Below are positions 1 to 14,718 of a stretch of 64,000 nucleotides of DNA, piece by piece. The notes beneath the pieces are model-generated. The model ran no database searches. It was given only the letters and a program-made list of their open reading frames with translations, and was not told where the DNA came from. The position numbers and the translations under genes were made by a program. Within the stretch, counting starts at the first letter, position 1, and every line of letters starts with the position of its first letter. Source of the stretch: Eledone cirrhosa (taxonomy: Eukaryota); assembly GCA_964016885.1 (NCBI GenBank), contig OZ024740.1, forward strand, positions 233,492,001-233,556,000, written 5' to 3'.

Positions 1-533
1 TTCGATTTTAGCCCATACTCTTCGTATCAGCATAATAAGATAGTCTTTGCCTATACAGAATCTGCCAAATATACGGTCAGTACTTATTGCGAATTCACTT
101 TGTGATATATAATCATAACAAAATGCTAATTACCTCTTTAACCTTTATACTTTTCCCCCAGATTCGTTATCTCCTGATTTCAACTTTTTAACCTTGATAG
201 TTTTCTCTACATATATCCCTTCTCTTAACTTCTATCAGTTTAATAAACATATACTCTCGTAAGCAGTCATAATTAAAAAAATTCTCAACCTTATTATTTT
301 TAGCAATCCCAAGGGAAATAACTCAAAGCTAACAATAAATAAAATGAATATGTTAGTAACTAAGTATCTTACCATAACCCATTCCTGTCACATAAAACTG
401 GAAGTTTCGACGACTATTTAAGAATAATTCGTATTAAGTTGCGAGGGTGTTCGTTTCAAGCAAATATGCTAACACCTTGTAAAGATACGTTTGTTCATCC
501 GACGATTAGTCGAATATTACACCTGAATACGAA

Positions 534-608
<75 letters not shown>

Positions 609-1193
609 GAATGTCTGGCTATAAACTATTGCCATAAACAAAATTACAGTAATACTTTACCCACTCTTTTCAAAGTATTTTCAACCAAAATCAGTAAATG
701 GAAAATAGAGAAATTGTTATGATAATGTTGGGATGCAAAATGTGACAACGTGACAACATGGAGATGGAATTTGTGATAATATAAAGATAGAAAATGTGTT
801 AATGTAGAGATGGTAGAGATGATAATATTGAAGTACTAAATGTAATAATGTGGAGATTGGAAATGAAATAAAATACCGATGCTAACTCAGATAATATAGG
901 GAGAGTATATAGTGTGGGTATGGTAAATGTATAAATTTCATGGAGATAAAAGTAAATAGTATAATATATGGGTGATAGATGTGATATACTAAGAACTATA
1001 AAGACGCAACTATAGGCATGGAAAATAAGACGATATAGGAAAGGTAAATATGGTAATATCAAGATGGTAAACATGATAATACAGGAGTAGAAAGTTTCGT
1101 TATATAGGTTTGAGGAATGTGTTATTATAGAGCTGGGAAGTGTAGCACTAAAGGGATGACAAGTTTTACAGTATAGCATTAATAAATTGGCTA

Positions 1194-1705
1194 ATATAGA
1201 TATAGAAAATAAGATAATATAGATATAGAAAATAAGATAATATAGATATAGAAAATAAGATAATATAGATATAGAAAATAAGATAATATAGATATAGAAA
1301 ATAAGATAATATAGATATAGAAAATAAGATAATATAGATATAGAAAATAAGATAATATAGATATAGAAAATAAGATAATATAGATATAGAAAATAAGATA
1401 ATATAGATATAGAAAATAAGATAATATAGATATAGAAAATAAGATAATATAGATATAGAAAATAAGATAATATAGATATAGAAAATAAGATAATATAGAT
1501 ATAGAAAATAAGATAATATAGATATAGAAAATAAGATAATATAGATATAGAAAATAAGATAATATAGATATAGAAAATAAGATAATATAGATATAGAAAA
1601 TAAGATAATATAGATATAGAAAATAAGATAATATAGATATAGAAAATAAGATAATATAGATATAGAAAATAAGATAATATAGATATAGAAAATAAGATAA
1701 TATAA
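1194..1705. repeat. 23-bp minisatellite (TATAGAAAATAAGATAATATAGA), about 22 near-perfect copies
   Basis: Unit starts at 1201, 1224 and onward; degenerate copies appear to extend to about 780 and 1790. Explains the 345-aa pseudo-ORF with 23-aa periodicity. Confidence 0.95.
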
Positions 1706-2285
1706 AGATAATAAATCAGATAATATAGATATTGTAAATGTGATAATATTGTGATAGTAAACGCTTCTATATGAATGGTAAATGAGATACTAAGGTCGCA
1801 AATGCTCCAGATATCGAGGGTTACAATACGGCACACCTAAGCTGTCCAACAAGTTTGATCTAGAGTGGGTTAAATGACATCACTGTTGAATTCATGAGTA
1901 ATTAGGGCCGATTTTAATATCCGTCTGTCGAGCATCATATGGTACATCAGATCATTATCGGGATGCATATGAGATATATCTTATGTTCTACAGATTTACT
2001 GAAACGGGATATATTTACTGGGACAATTGATATTTATAATTTGTAAAAAAAGATGTTTAAATTGGCTACCACTAGGTTCCTGTGTGATGTGTTTGATGTA
2101 ATAGACATGAAGTAAGTTAGCGTCACACAGGCATAGAAATTGACCCGAACATTCCAGTCTCTGAGAGCATAACCATTTGGTGACAGCGAATATCCAGCTA
2201 CTCAGTAATAAATATTGAACACAGAGTTTTTTTTATTTCATATACATACATACGTATATGTGTGTGTGACTGAGTGTGTGTGTGG

Positions 2286-2316
<31 letters not shown>

Positions 2317-3082
2317 TGTATGTATGTATGTATGTATGTATGTATGTATGTATGTATGTATGTATGTATGTATGTATGTATCTCTCTATATATATGTGGG
2401 GGGGGGCTCCATACATACACGCGTGCATAATACATACATAGTGTTGTGTTAAACTTCATCACATAGTGGACTTTGTATTTCCCCTAGTACCACCCTCTTC
2501 ACCAACTACATCTTGTGACAACTTGCCTGTACTGCTCCAAATCTCAACAAACCCCAACAACCACTATCGTCATTGCCAACACCAGCACCACCATCTTTAT
2601 TAAGATCATGAAGACCAACGTCATAACCCCCCCCCCCCCCCCTCCCTCTATCCCATTCGTTCAGAAAGAATTGCGGGTACCGCCTCACTTCTCATGTTCA
2701 ATGTATCTCACAGCTAAATAAATTCATACGCTAAATTATGTCAATTAAGTAATAAACCGAACATGAACCGTGCCACTGGTTATAACACAGAGAGTTCTTT
2801 GATTAAAAGAGTACGAAGCAGGTTTTCACAGAAAAAAAATATATACATCAGCCATGTTGAATAATTAATCTTTCGTTCAGTGACAGACGTTGGTTAAGGG
2901 CATCCGCCCAAACACCACAGATTGCTGTGACGTCTTATTACCCTGAAAATAAAGAACTTGTATTTGTAAATGATTCTATTACATCTGCTTTCGCTCTTTT
3001 CCTTCTCTCCATTCAACTAACTATCTGTCTACTATCTGTTTATCTATTTATCTGTTTAACTATCTATCCATCTATCTATAAA

Positions 3083-3144
<62 letters not shown>

Positions 3145-3322
3145 TCCCCCTCTCTCTCCCTCTCTCTCTCTCTATCTCTCTCTCCCTCTCTCTCTTTCTT
3201 TTTTCTTTCTTGATATATATATTAATGAGGTGGAGATCTGACCGCACGGTCGGGCGGTTTCATCTTGTAACCCCTCCAAAATTCTACTCCGTGCCTTTAT
3301 ATATATATATATATATATATAT

Positions 3323-4092
3323 GAATGTAGTAGCGTGGCGATCGCATAGTGGATCGACATCTTGGATTACTCGCCCCTCTATTCTACACCTACCAACGTT
3401 AGCTATCTAACACTATACAAAGTATCATCATCGCCCACTCTGTCGTCTACTGCTTTCAGCACCACCTTGTGCACATACTACGTATGCCCCGGATCTATTT
3501 CCTCCCCTAAATCCCTAAACCTAGCAAAGCTCCTAACCTAACCCCTATCATCTCTGTTTCTAACTATCCTACATCATTCATTTCCAAATACCTTCATAGA
3601 TTCTTTCTATCTTTAGCCACTATCCTTCCCTCCCACATCCATTACACCTATCACACCAATCACGTTCTCTGCCTCTTTAACTCCTTTTCTTCTAGCTCTT
3701 CCGTATTCCTCTTTACTTGAAACATTAAATGTCTACACTTCCTCAAGTATTAGTGACCTACTATTGAACCAAGAACTGTTACTCTTCTCCGCCTTGCTGA
3801 TCTTGCACTCACATATAATTGTTTCTCCTTTTACCGTGAAATTTACTAGCAAGTTACTGGAGTGGCTGTAGGTACCAAGATGAAGCGGAATTACGCAAAC
3901 TTGTTTTTCGGCTGTTTTAAGGGCCAAATCTTTAACGAATTCACTAGACCAATCCCATTGGTTTTCCATTTTTCTCATGACAGGCTGAAGAAACTGGAGC
4001 CCAGAACCCAACGAAACTTGAGTACCTGTTTATGTCACAGTTGTAATTATTTATACTAAACTCGTCCTATGGACTGAGTGCTCTTTCTTTTG
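3323..4092 (+). mobile_element. Internally deleted Penelope-like element (RT sliver + hammerhead tail)
   Basis: About 3755-3960 translates, with a frameshift and stop, as EPRTVTLLRLADLALTYNCFSF..QVTGVAVGTKMKRNYANLFFG, matching the PLE RT motif QxxGxAMGTKxxPxYANL. A hammerhead follows, and both ends abut (TA)n. Confidence 0.75.
3979..4030 (+). ncRNA. Type I hammerhead ribozyme-like motif
   Basis: CAGG-CTGAAGA-(weak stem II)-GAAAC TTGA GTA-CCTG; stem I CAGG/CCTG, stem III AC/GT. Confidence 0.65.
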
Positions 4093-4106
4093 TATATATA
4101 TAATTC

Positions 4107-4138
<32 letters not shown>

Positions 4139-4677
4139 CTGTGAGTGTGTGTATAGAGACCCACACAAACACACATATTTGTGTGTGTATAAGTATGTGT
4201 GTGCATATGTGTCTAGATTTAAGTCCTTGTTTGCGTCTGTCATCATGCATGCATTTCTGTATTTTTATTCCTTTAACTCAGTGTGTATGTCTTTGCATAT
4301 GAACATACGGATACTCATAACGAATAATGCATACCAGTAGCGTATCTAGAAAAGGACACCTGATGGAGTTCCACCTCGGACGGCACTTTATGGATATGCC
4401 ACATTTGACCTACTACATTAATCTTTCGTGGAAAGTGAAAGCCAAGAACGTCCTGGGCGGAAAAAACGCTTGATAAGCTCGTGATCATTATGCACAAATC
4501 TTCATATTTGCTGTATTATAGCATTCAAATCCTTCAACACAAATATGTATTAAATTACGTCTTTATATAAAGCTTATACCTTTCTTAACCAAAACATGCA
4601 TACGTAAACACAGACACCTACATACCGAGTCATGTATTCACACACGCACAGACACGTACAAAATCGTATGTATATAT

Positions 4678-4678
<1 letters not shown>

Positions 4679-4714
<36 letters not shown>

Positions 4715-5047
4715 GTCGTCATTTAACGTCCATTTTCAATTCTAGCATAGGTTTGATAAAACGTCCCCTTGTGAGACAAGCCAGATCGAATGACCTTGTC
4801 TTGCTCATACTGGACTGATTTTGGCTTGGTTTCCACGGCTTGATGCCCTTCCTAACGACAACAAAATTTACAGAGTGGACTGGGTGCATTTTATCGTGAC
4901 CCTTAGGAGGACCACTTTACGGTGTAGACTGGGTGCTTTTTATCATGATACCTACACGACCTCTTTGACACCAAAACGACCTCTTCACAGTGTGGACTGA
5001 GCGGTTTTAGTCGTGTCACCAACACGACTACTTTATAGTGTGGACTT
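4679..5047 (-). mobile_element. SINE/L2-tail element with (GAT)n tail and tandemly repeated internal ~60-bp segment
   Basis: (CAT)n-TTTAACGTCCATTTTC..CTAGCAT end; the same end occurs at 34492-34523 on +. The TTTACAGAGTGGACTGGGTGC motif recurs about 4 times in 4867-5046. Confidence 0.55.
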
Positions 5048-5048
5048 G

Positions 5049-5135
<87 letters not shown>

Positions 5136-5136
5136 T

Positions 5137-5210
<74 letters not shown>

Positions 5211-5582
5211 CGTGTGTGTGTGTGTGTGTACAATATACGCGCGCGTGTATGTGTAGAAAATAGGCTCATAAGATATATACTGAAAAAGCCGCTTATTATA
5301 ATAGAAAGAACGATATCAAACGATGATTGACATCTAAAAAGCTGCTTCCAAATGTATCCACAATAAGTACATTCCAGAATCTCTATACTTGTTACCCCAT
5401 ATATGACAAGGACATCAGATTAGACATGAGACTTTTGTAAAAATGTGTAAAAATATATAAAAATTCTCTCTTACTCCCTTTCTCCCTCTCTCTTTCCACA
5501 CACACACATGTATATATATATATATATATATATTAATCCCCCCCTCTCTCTCTCTCTATATATATATATATATTAATCCCCC

Positions 5583-5645
<63 letters not shown>

Positions 5646-5961
5646 CTACATGCATGAACACAAACATTTTTCGTATTTGTTATTAGCTTCTTCTTGTTTC
5701 TTAATTACTCAACCATTTGTCTGTGGAAGCCATTATTGATGTATCAGTCCAGCAGAAGAGAGGTGTGTCCAGTGCAAAAACCCGGAATAAAATACAAGAA
5801 GACAAATATCTACGATAAAGCCGACTACTTGTTGAAAATGATGAAGATAACATGTTGTACTAAATAGAGAAGCGTTTGTTTTAAATGGCATCCCAAAAAA
5901 TGAATTTAACATATCAATCTCACGTATAAATAAATAAATAAATAAATAAATAAACAAATAA

Positions 5962-6033
<72 letters not shown>

Positions 6034-6052
6034 TTATTTATTTATTTGTTTA

Positions 6053-6110
<58 letters not shown>

Positions 6111-6114
<4 letters not shown>

Positions 6115-6276
6115 ACATTTGGCGCATGTGGCTTCATCAGTGGGTTTCGGCTAATCAATAACCATTCGATTGACAGAATTCGATTCCAGTCCGTTTCGGC
6201 TATGACAGTGAATGGGACGGTTAATTGATATCCCTACGCGTAATCAGAACGCCATTAACCGTTTGGCTACTAGCTA
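6111..6276 (-). mobile_element. Short element with tRNA-like head and truncated hammerhead 5' half
   Basis: Minus strand reads GTAGCCAAACGGTTAATGGCG (A-box-like) ... CTGATGA AGCCACAT-loop-ATGTGGTT, then (TA)n. Confidence 0.4.
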
Positions 6277-6635
6277 AAAAAAAAAATATATATATATGAT
6301 GAATTACTGTTGGTGATACCAAAATAAGGACTGAATGCACAGACAGGGTGTATATATTAAGGAAAATCATGATGTTTTACTTGCATGTAGTTAGATTTAT
6401 AATGTTTATCGACCTGTCACATGCGTTTCGCAGAGCATTAGCTCAACGTCGTCCATAAAATGTAAGGACTTAACACCATTAACTGCACTTCAGACTGGTG
6501 ATTCAACATGAAATATATTTGTAACACACGCGCAACAGGTCGATACACAATAAAATAGCTACAGGTAAACGAAACCATATAAGTGTGTATGTGTGCGTGC
6601 GTGCGTATATATATGTATATATATATATATATATA

Positions 6636-6691
<56 letters not shown>

Positions 6692-7394
6692 TATACATAT
6701 CTGCTTCAATTTGGGACTTGCTATAAAACATGTATACATTACTTCAGGGGTTGATGATGTTATTGCTGTTAGCTCCAGAACAAACATATTGGAGCCGACC
6801 TATAACCAGCGACTTTCCCTCAGTGACTGTTTCGTATTTAATGCAGGAATAATGTACCTAGGACGGCATCATGCAAATATGTTCTTCGTTTCATGGATTT
6901 AAAATAGATATCATTGCTATTTTTAACATGATGAGAGACAGCGTAGACATATCATCCTTAGGTATCTCTTGTTGTTGTTGGTAGTGGTGTTGTTGTTTTC
7001 ATATAGCCCCAGATAATGATTGATTGAGTAATATTACTTGTCTCCAAACTTTTTCCGTTTCGACTACTTTTTGTTCTGACGCTATATCTAGAGTTACATT
7101 TTCCAAGATTTACCTAACTCAGTGGGACGTGGTTTAAGGGAAATTAAGTTGTTGTTTGTCGTAGAAGAATCACATGCAGAGATAGATCTTCAATTCTTAA
7201 GTTTAATGATTTATTATAATATATGTTAGTACTAACAGCCCACAGCTGTTGTAAACGATTTTGGTGTAGTAGAATCAACAGTGGTACAAAATATCTGAAT
7301 TGGTAAGGACTGTTGGCTCAGCTAGAGAGCTTAGTAAGGTAATAGACAGACAATGATAAACGAGCATATATTTGAGTTCAGTGTATATATATGT

Positions 7395-7427
<33 letters not shown>

Positions 7428-7459
7428 CGCACACGCACACATGCACGCACGCGCACACG

Positions 7460-7544
<85 letters not shown>

Positions 7545-7545
7545 G

Positions 7546-7580
<35 letters not shown>

Positions 7581-7621
7581 ACACACACACACATATATAT
7601 ACAGAGAGAGAGATATACATT

Positions 7622-7662
<41 letters not shown>

Positions 7663-7853
7663 CTTTGTGTGGACGTGTTTATATGTGTGTGTTTGTTGTG
7701 CTTGTGTGTGAATGATACCGAAACATATCATTTATAATGTATGCAATATTTAAACTTCCAAATTTTTAAACAACTATACATTTACAGACACATATACAAT
7801 TACATCTATATGTATATGTGCATCTCCCCCTCCTCTCTCTTTCTATATATATA

Positions 7854-8726
<873 letters not shown>

Positions 8727-9537
8727 TGTATTCGGGTGACTGTTTGTGTATAATAAAAATAAAAACAGAAACGGAGAGAAATAGTGTGAGTGAGTAAGTG
8801 AGAGATAAAATAAAAATGTCGTTGTGTCTATACGTGAAGGTATCTGTATGCATCTGTGTCATGTTTGTGTATGACGCAAATTTTATGTGCATGTGTTTTT
8901 GTTTATAATCAACTGATTTGTCTAAAGATTCTTGGCTAGAAATTCCTACAAAACATGTGCTTGTCGGGTCATGTAATATTTGATTTGACTACAGAGAACC
9001 TCAGCAGTACAGTTCTAGTAAACTAAAGACGTATAGAACAACGCAGGACCACAACTGCCCTATAAAGAATGTTAGTATGGATGGATTACTATTCAACTGT
9101 AAGACTGGTTGACTAGCTGCAGACGAAATACGATAAAATAAATAATCAGATAAATAGATAACTGAAAGAAACAAGAATAGATCTTGAGTTTAATCTAGAA
9201 ACATGCGGTCAAAGCGGTTGAGTGAATAACCACTTCTTGGTACACATGCAATTTTGAATAAACTGATTAGCAACAATTATGTGACGGGTAAGTGGTCCAA
9301 TGCTGGTATGTTCATGACGTCAGTTTGACCTGCGCAGCACACATGTCTTTCTAAATCTATAAACCATCTTACATAGTTATAACATAATTAGATTTATACA
9401 TACAAACGTACACACACCCACACACGCACACACATACACGTAAATATAGAAACACATACACACGTATATACGTTTCTTACTTATATATACCGTATATGTG
9501 TGTGTGTATTTCTTTCTCTCTCTCACTCTCACCATAA

Positions 9538-9576
<39 letters not shown>

Positions 9577-9619
9577 TATATGTGTGTATGTGTGTGTGCG
9601 CGCGCGCGCGCGCGCGCGT

Positions 9620-9653
<34 letters not shown>

Positions 9654-9750
9654 TCATACAAAATGAAAGGAAGTGAAGTTTTGACACAATGATAAAATTA
9701 AGAATTTAAGAAAAAGTTCTATAACTTTGCAAACCTCGCTATATATATAT

Positions 9751-9933
9751 ATAACGAAGGAAATGTGGTAAGGAACCAGGTGGACCATAACGCACCAAAG
9801 TACTCAATACTTAGGGTAGTAGAGTGGGTAATAGGAACGAGTAGGACTCCGACGGCTGAGCTCAAGCCGTTTCGACGGCTAATTCTGGAGCCGTCGAAAC
9901 GGCTTGAGCTCAGCCGTCGGGGTCCTACTCGTT

Positions 9934-9938
<5 letters not shown>
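9751..9938. mobile_element. Family A fold-back element (PLE pLTR-like) in (TA)n
   Basis: AACGAAGGAAATGTGGTAAGGAACC tail followed by an inverted repeat centred near 9885. Related copies at 15303, 16511, 21054, 23440, 42247, 42507, 48133, 48692, 52785, 60527 and 60742. Confidence 0.85.
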
Positions 9939-10004
<66 letters not shown>

Positions 10005-10005
10005 T

Positions 10006-10155
10006 ATTCTAGGGCGGGTAAAATTCCCGAGATCCTTGGACGAGTTCTCTCAAGCGGTCTCTGTCCCTCATTATCGCTGCCATGTCCTGCGTCTCCAACA
10101 GACCAGTGTCTGTCCTTAGGGCATCAACATACGTTAACCTTGGTCTTCCTCTTCA
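10006..10155 (-). mobile_element. RTE-clade LINE 3' end fragment
   Basis: Reverse complement of 19235-19378; encodes [34 protein letters not shown]. Confidence 0.75.
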
Positions 10156-10399
10156 TTCGTATGAAATCATCAGGAATATATTTGTGTATTCTGTAACTAA
10201 AGTTTCCTGTTAAAAATTAAAGTACCCAATACCCAAGTGTAGTGTAAATATATATATTGGTATAGTCAATGTAAGTACTAATAGATTGTCATCAGACGAT
10301 ACATATGCCTTCTGTTGAACAGTCAATGACTTGTTAAATATATGATAGTGATCTATATAAGTGTATTTGTTAAACCTCCGTCGGTTCCAACGACGGTTT

Positions 10400-10640
10400 T
10401 CCCTATTTATTCGATCAATCGACAGCTTGCTCGTGAAATCAATGTGCACCATCAACTTAATTCCCAGCGAGATTCAGCTTAATAAATCTGACCCTTTTAA
10501 ATACAGGTGTAACTCTTTTTTTTATGACAGAAGTAATATGAAATAAAGTATCTTGCTCAAAAACACAACGTGTCGCGGGTAATCGAAATCCTAACCTTAT
10601 GATCGGGTTCGAACACACCTAACAACTAAGCCACACACGC
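10400..10640 (-). mobile_element. tRNA-derived SINE (degenerate)
   Basis: GTGTGGCTTAGTTGTTAG head, TTCGATT B-box-like motif and TTGAGCAAGATACTTTATTTC core; similar copies at about 18355-18665, 40270-40500 and 63110-63350. Confidence 0.55.
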
Positions 10641-11406
10641 ATTAAATTTAACATTTCTTTGTCCACAGACCTCTCCTTTAATATATAGAAATTCCACGTA
10701 CTTATACAATATATAACATTTATTTGTTGAGCTCATAACACTTAACTGAATTGTAGGCACACGCTTGTGACAAACACGGTTATAACAAACATGAGCATTT
10801 ATATCTGGCAGATTCCATTCCCCGTAGGTTTGACCACAGCCAATTTTTTCCTCCGTAGGTGAGGGCAAGCAAAAATATACAGAGTTTGAATAACAGAAAT
10901 AAAACTACCTAAGTGTTGGACTAGCAATGCGAAATGACGAAAGAAAAAGTCAATCTCGACAAGCTTTGAACGCAGAACACAGAGAAACGGAACAGATAGT
11001 GCAAAATATGTTATTAGATGCTCTAACTAATCTGCTAATACATCACCTTAAAATAAATAGTTTGAAAATTCCTCTGAAAAAGAAAAGAACACGATCGTAA
11101 AATATATTGAATCATTTTTGTCAGAACAGTCCACCAACGGATAAATTGGATTCTGGATTTTAACGTGTAAGAAATAACAACTAGATTTCCCTCTCACTAT
11201 ATTAAAAACAGGGTTAAGAAAAATAAACGGCTAGTGTAGTCAGAGATGCAAAATGTCTTATGTAAAAAGAATTGAACATATTTATTAATAGGTCTGGTCG
11301 ACCAGTGCTAAATTGAGGATAGACAATTATAACAATACTTGCAGCAGCAGTTAATCTATAACGGATTTCACTCTGAAAATATATTCTAAGATTACAATGA
11401 AGTGAA

Positions 11407-11407
<1 letters not shown>

Positions 11408-11439
<32 letters not shown>

Positions 11440-11813
11440 GATGATGATGCTGCTGCTGCTGTTTCTGTTCCTGTTGCTGCTGCTGTTGCTGCTGCTGCCT
11501 CTGTGATGATGGTGTTGCTATAGTGTATCGTCTACAAACAAAACAAGATATCTTAGGAGCAACCCACCACAACAATAACCTACCACTAAGCCAAAGACCA
11601 GCACTTCCACTTCCATGACACCTCCCACGTTGCGGCTAGTAACGCTGTTTCTTCTTCTTCTTCTTCTTCTTCTTCTTCTTCTTCTTCTTCTTCTTCTTCT
11701 TCTTCATCAACATCATCATCATCATCGTCATCATCATCATCATCATCATCACCGCCACCACCACCACCACCACCACCACCATCACCAGCATTATCATGAT
11801 GATGATGATGATG

Positions 11814-11857
<44 letters not shown>

Positions 11858-11882
11858 CATCATCATCATCATCATCATCATC
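11408..11882. repeat. Cluster of trinucleotide microsatellites (CTA, GCT, CTT, CAT, CAC, GAT)
   Basis: Direct read; source of the poly-Leu/poly-His pseudo-ORF. Confidence 0.9.
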
Positions 11883-12150
11883 CCTTCCTCTCCCTTTTCT
11901 TATTTATCTTCCCTTCTCTTTGCTTACCAGTGATCCCACCTTCCACAGCTACAAAGTGTCAGCTGTCTAGTGTCTTTGTCGCCCGAGCAGAAAATCAAAT
12001 GAAGTCACATAGGCGATATGCAAGAAGGGCTTTATAATCAGAAGTTCAACCACTATCACGTTCTCTTCATTTGCATCGTACATACATTTATACATTGCCT
12101 TTTCCTTCTTACTATCTCTCTTCACCTTTCAGCATATATACATACATACA

Positions 12151-12727
12151 TGGTGGCTGCCAACTCGTTTTCGAGTACGGCCACTACTTTATATCCATAT
12201 AGGAGAACCCCTATCGATGCGCTGAATGAGTGTGACTTTTTAGTCCAGCCAGCGACTTGAAAACTCTGGTACAAACACTACACTTGTGACAATTATTGAC
12301 ACATAGTGCTGGGCCCATGGTACCATGTGACGACAAGTGCAGAGAGATCTCCAGATATAAAGCAATGCCTGTGCCGTGAAGCTTTTATAGTGAGCAAAGG
12401 CACTGCACAAAGCCAGTCCCACTCTCTTAACCAAGATGATATTTACCAAAAAGAAGAACAAGTCAACATCATTGGATACCATCAGGGTTGCAGGTGTTAT
12501 ATCAGAGTTTTCCTTCTCCTAGAATTCTGCCTTGACAAAGGCTAAGGGGTCATCTCTCCCGGTGATTTTGGATGGCCATTGACTCTTAAGAGCTCCTTTG
12601 CCCTTTGACAGGTTTGTTTTTATTCCTGCAGGATGTCCAACGTCACCCTCCTCACCTAGAAACGACCCGACCATGGGAGAGGTTGTACTGGAATACATGT
12701 TACCAGTAGCACCAACTGGTGACCTGA
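12151..12727 (-). mobile_element. Interspersed repeat, possibly RTE 5'-UTR-derived, flanked by (TACA)n
   Basis: Near-identical partial copy in opposite orientation at 50537-50942; contains CTAGGAGAAGGAAAACTCTGA, reminiscent of RTE 5' regions. Confidence 0.6.
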
Positions 12728-12757
12728 CATACATACATAGATACATACATACATACA

Positions 12758-12868
<111 letters not shown>

Positions 12869-12947
12869 CTTCACCTCCCACCATATATATATTTGTGCGT
12901 GCATCTGTGTGTATGTGTGTGTGTGTATGTGTGTGTGTATGTGTGTA

Positions 12948-12987
<40 letters not shown>

Positions 12988-13169
12988 TTTGTTTGTGTGT
13001 GTATGTATGTGTGTGTGTGTGTCTGTGTCTGTGTGCATAAATACATACATATATACATACGTACACATATACATACGTACATACATACATACATACACAC
13101 ATACATACATACATACATACATACATACATACATACATACATACATACATACATACATACATACATACA

Positions 13170-14235
13170 TGAGACCCGGATAGTAACACTGAAGCAACAC
13201 CTTCAACAGAGGAAAAAGGTTGGCGACCATCTTGCTCAGGTTTATGAGCATGAAAAAAGAAATATCATTAGAATAGCGACTGATCTGGAGGAGAGATATG
13301 GAATAAAGCCTGATATAAATCTCTCACCCAGAGAAATCGGAAGATCCTATTCAATGTTCAAACAAGAAAAAAAAATTGACCAATTTACAGAGAAAGTTGT
13401 GCATGGATACTTGAGGCGTAAAACACAGACCATAGAGGGGATAAACCACTCAAAAAGCCTGGCATGGAGTTCCGACAAGTTTATGACATCACACCTTGAG
13501 GGATATCTCTATGCAATACAGGAACAAGAACTCCCTACCAAATATCTGCTGCACAAAAGAGGAGGGCCAGCAGCTGACAATAAATGTAGGCTATGTAAAA
13601 CAAAGATCGAGGATGTAAGCCACATTGTTGCCAGCTGCGAAAGAATGTCATCTCGCTACTACCTCCCCATGAGACACGATGGGATAGCTAGAACTATCTG
13701 GAACGCACTTCGGAAAACAAAATTAACAACAAACGAGGAAGAATATATTGAGACAGATGGCACTAAGGAATACTGGTGGAACCTGAAAATAAAAACTGCC
13801 ACCAAATTAAAGCACAACCGGCCTGATATTGTAGTTTGGGACCACACATTGAAAACGTGTTCTGTTGTGGAGATCAGCTGCCCACTTGATGTAAACGTTG
13901 TCAGAAAAATACAGGAGGAGGACATCTACGGACCATTGATGAGGAGTTTACAAATCCAGTATCCAAGATACACCTTTAGCTTCATACCCATCATTATTGG
14001 TGCTACGGGTTATATACCAACCCGCTTGGACCAAAGTATGACCGAACTTGGATTTGCGGACAAAAAGCGCAGCTCCCTAATTCATAGTCTACAAATGGCT
14101 GCGATAGCTGGCACCTTCAAAATTTGCAAAACATTCTTGCGATTCAAGGGATGACAATTTCTGTTCTTTTACAACCTTGCCACCAGGAAGGTGGCCGGTC
14201 AAAAAAATATACTCGAAATTAAGAGAAAGAGAAAA
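13170..14235 (+). mobile_element. 5'-truncated R4/Dong-like non-LTR retrotransposon (CCHC knuckle + restriction-like endonuclease) inserted in (TACA)n
   Basis: Open frame to the stop at 14154 with YAIQEQEL, CRLC..EDVSHIVASC, RHD, HNRPDIVVWD..VVEISCP and IPIIIGATG; short 3' UTR; (ACAT)n on both sides. Confidence 0.9.
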
Positions 14236-14293
14236 CATACATACATACATACATACATACACACATACATACATACATACATACACACATACA

Positions 14294-14325
<32 letters not shown>

Positions 14326-14641
14326 ATTTTAGTCTCCCCAAATATGCACAAGATGACATAGCATCACTAATACTCACTTCCTCGTAATGCATTATTTCCA
14401 ATTTCCGTGCCTTGTTTGGTCATTTTATAGGCTGGAAGTTAGAGAGAGAGGGAGAGAGAGAGAGATAGAGAGAGAGATTGGCGGGGGGGGGCAGAGAGGG
14501 AGAGAGAGAGAGAGAAGAAATAAGAGAGATTAATATTAGTTCATAAGAATTGAATTCTACATATGTCTATGTATGCGTCAGTGCGCGTTTTTATGTGTAC
14601 GTTTATATATATATATATATATGTACGTTTATTTATATATA

Positions 14642-14718
<77 letters not shown>

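Noticed and set aside
1194-1705. CRISPR-like regular repeat
   Set aside because: Units are contiguous with no spacers; eukaryotic context with no cas genes.
799-1836. 345-aa hydrophobic ORF
   Set aside because: Translation of a 23-bp minisatellite (3 units = 23 aa); no protein motif.
11615-12037. Signal-peptide-like poly-Leu plus poly-His protein
   Set aside because: Pure (CTT)n and (CAT)n/(CAC)n tracts without codon variation; no other support.
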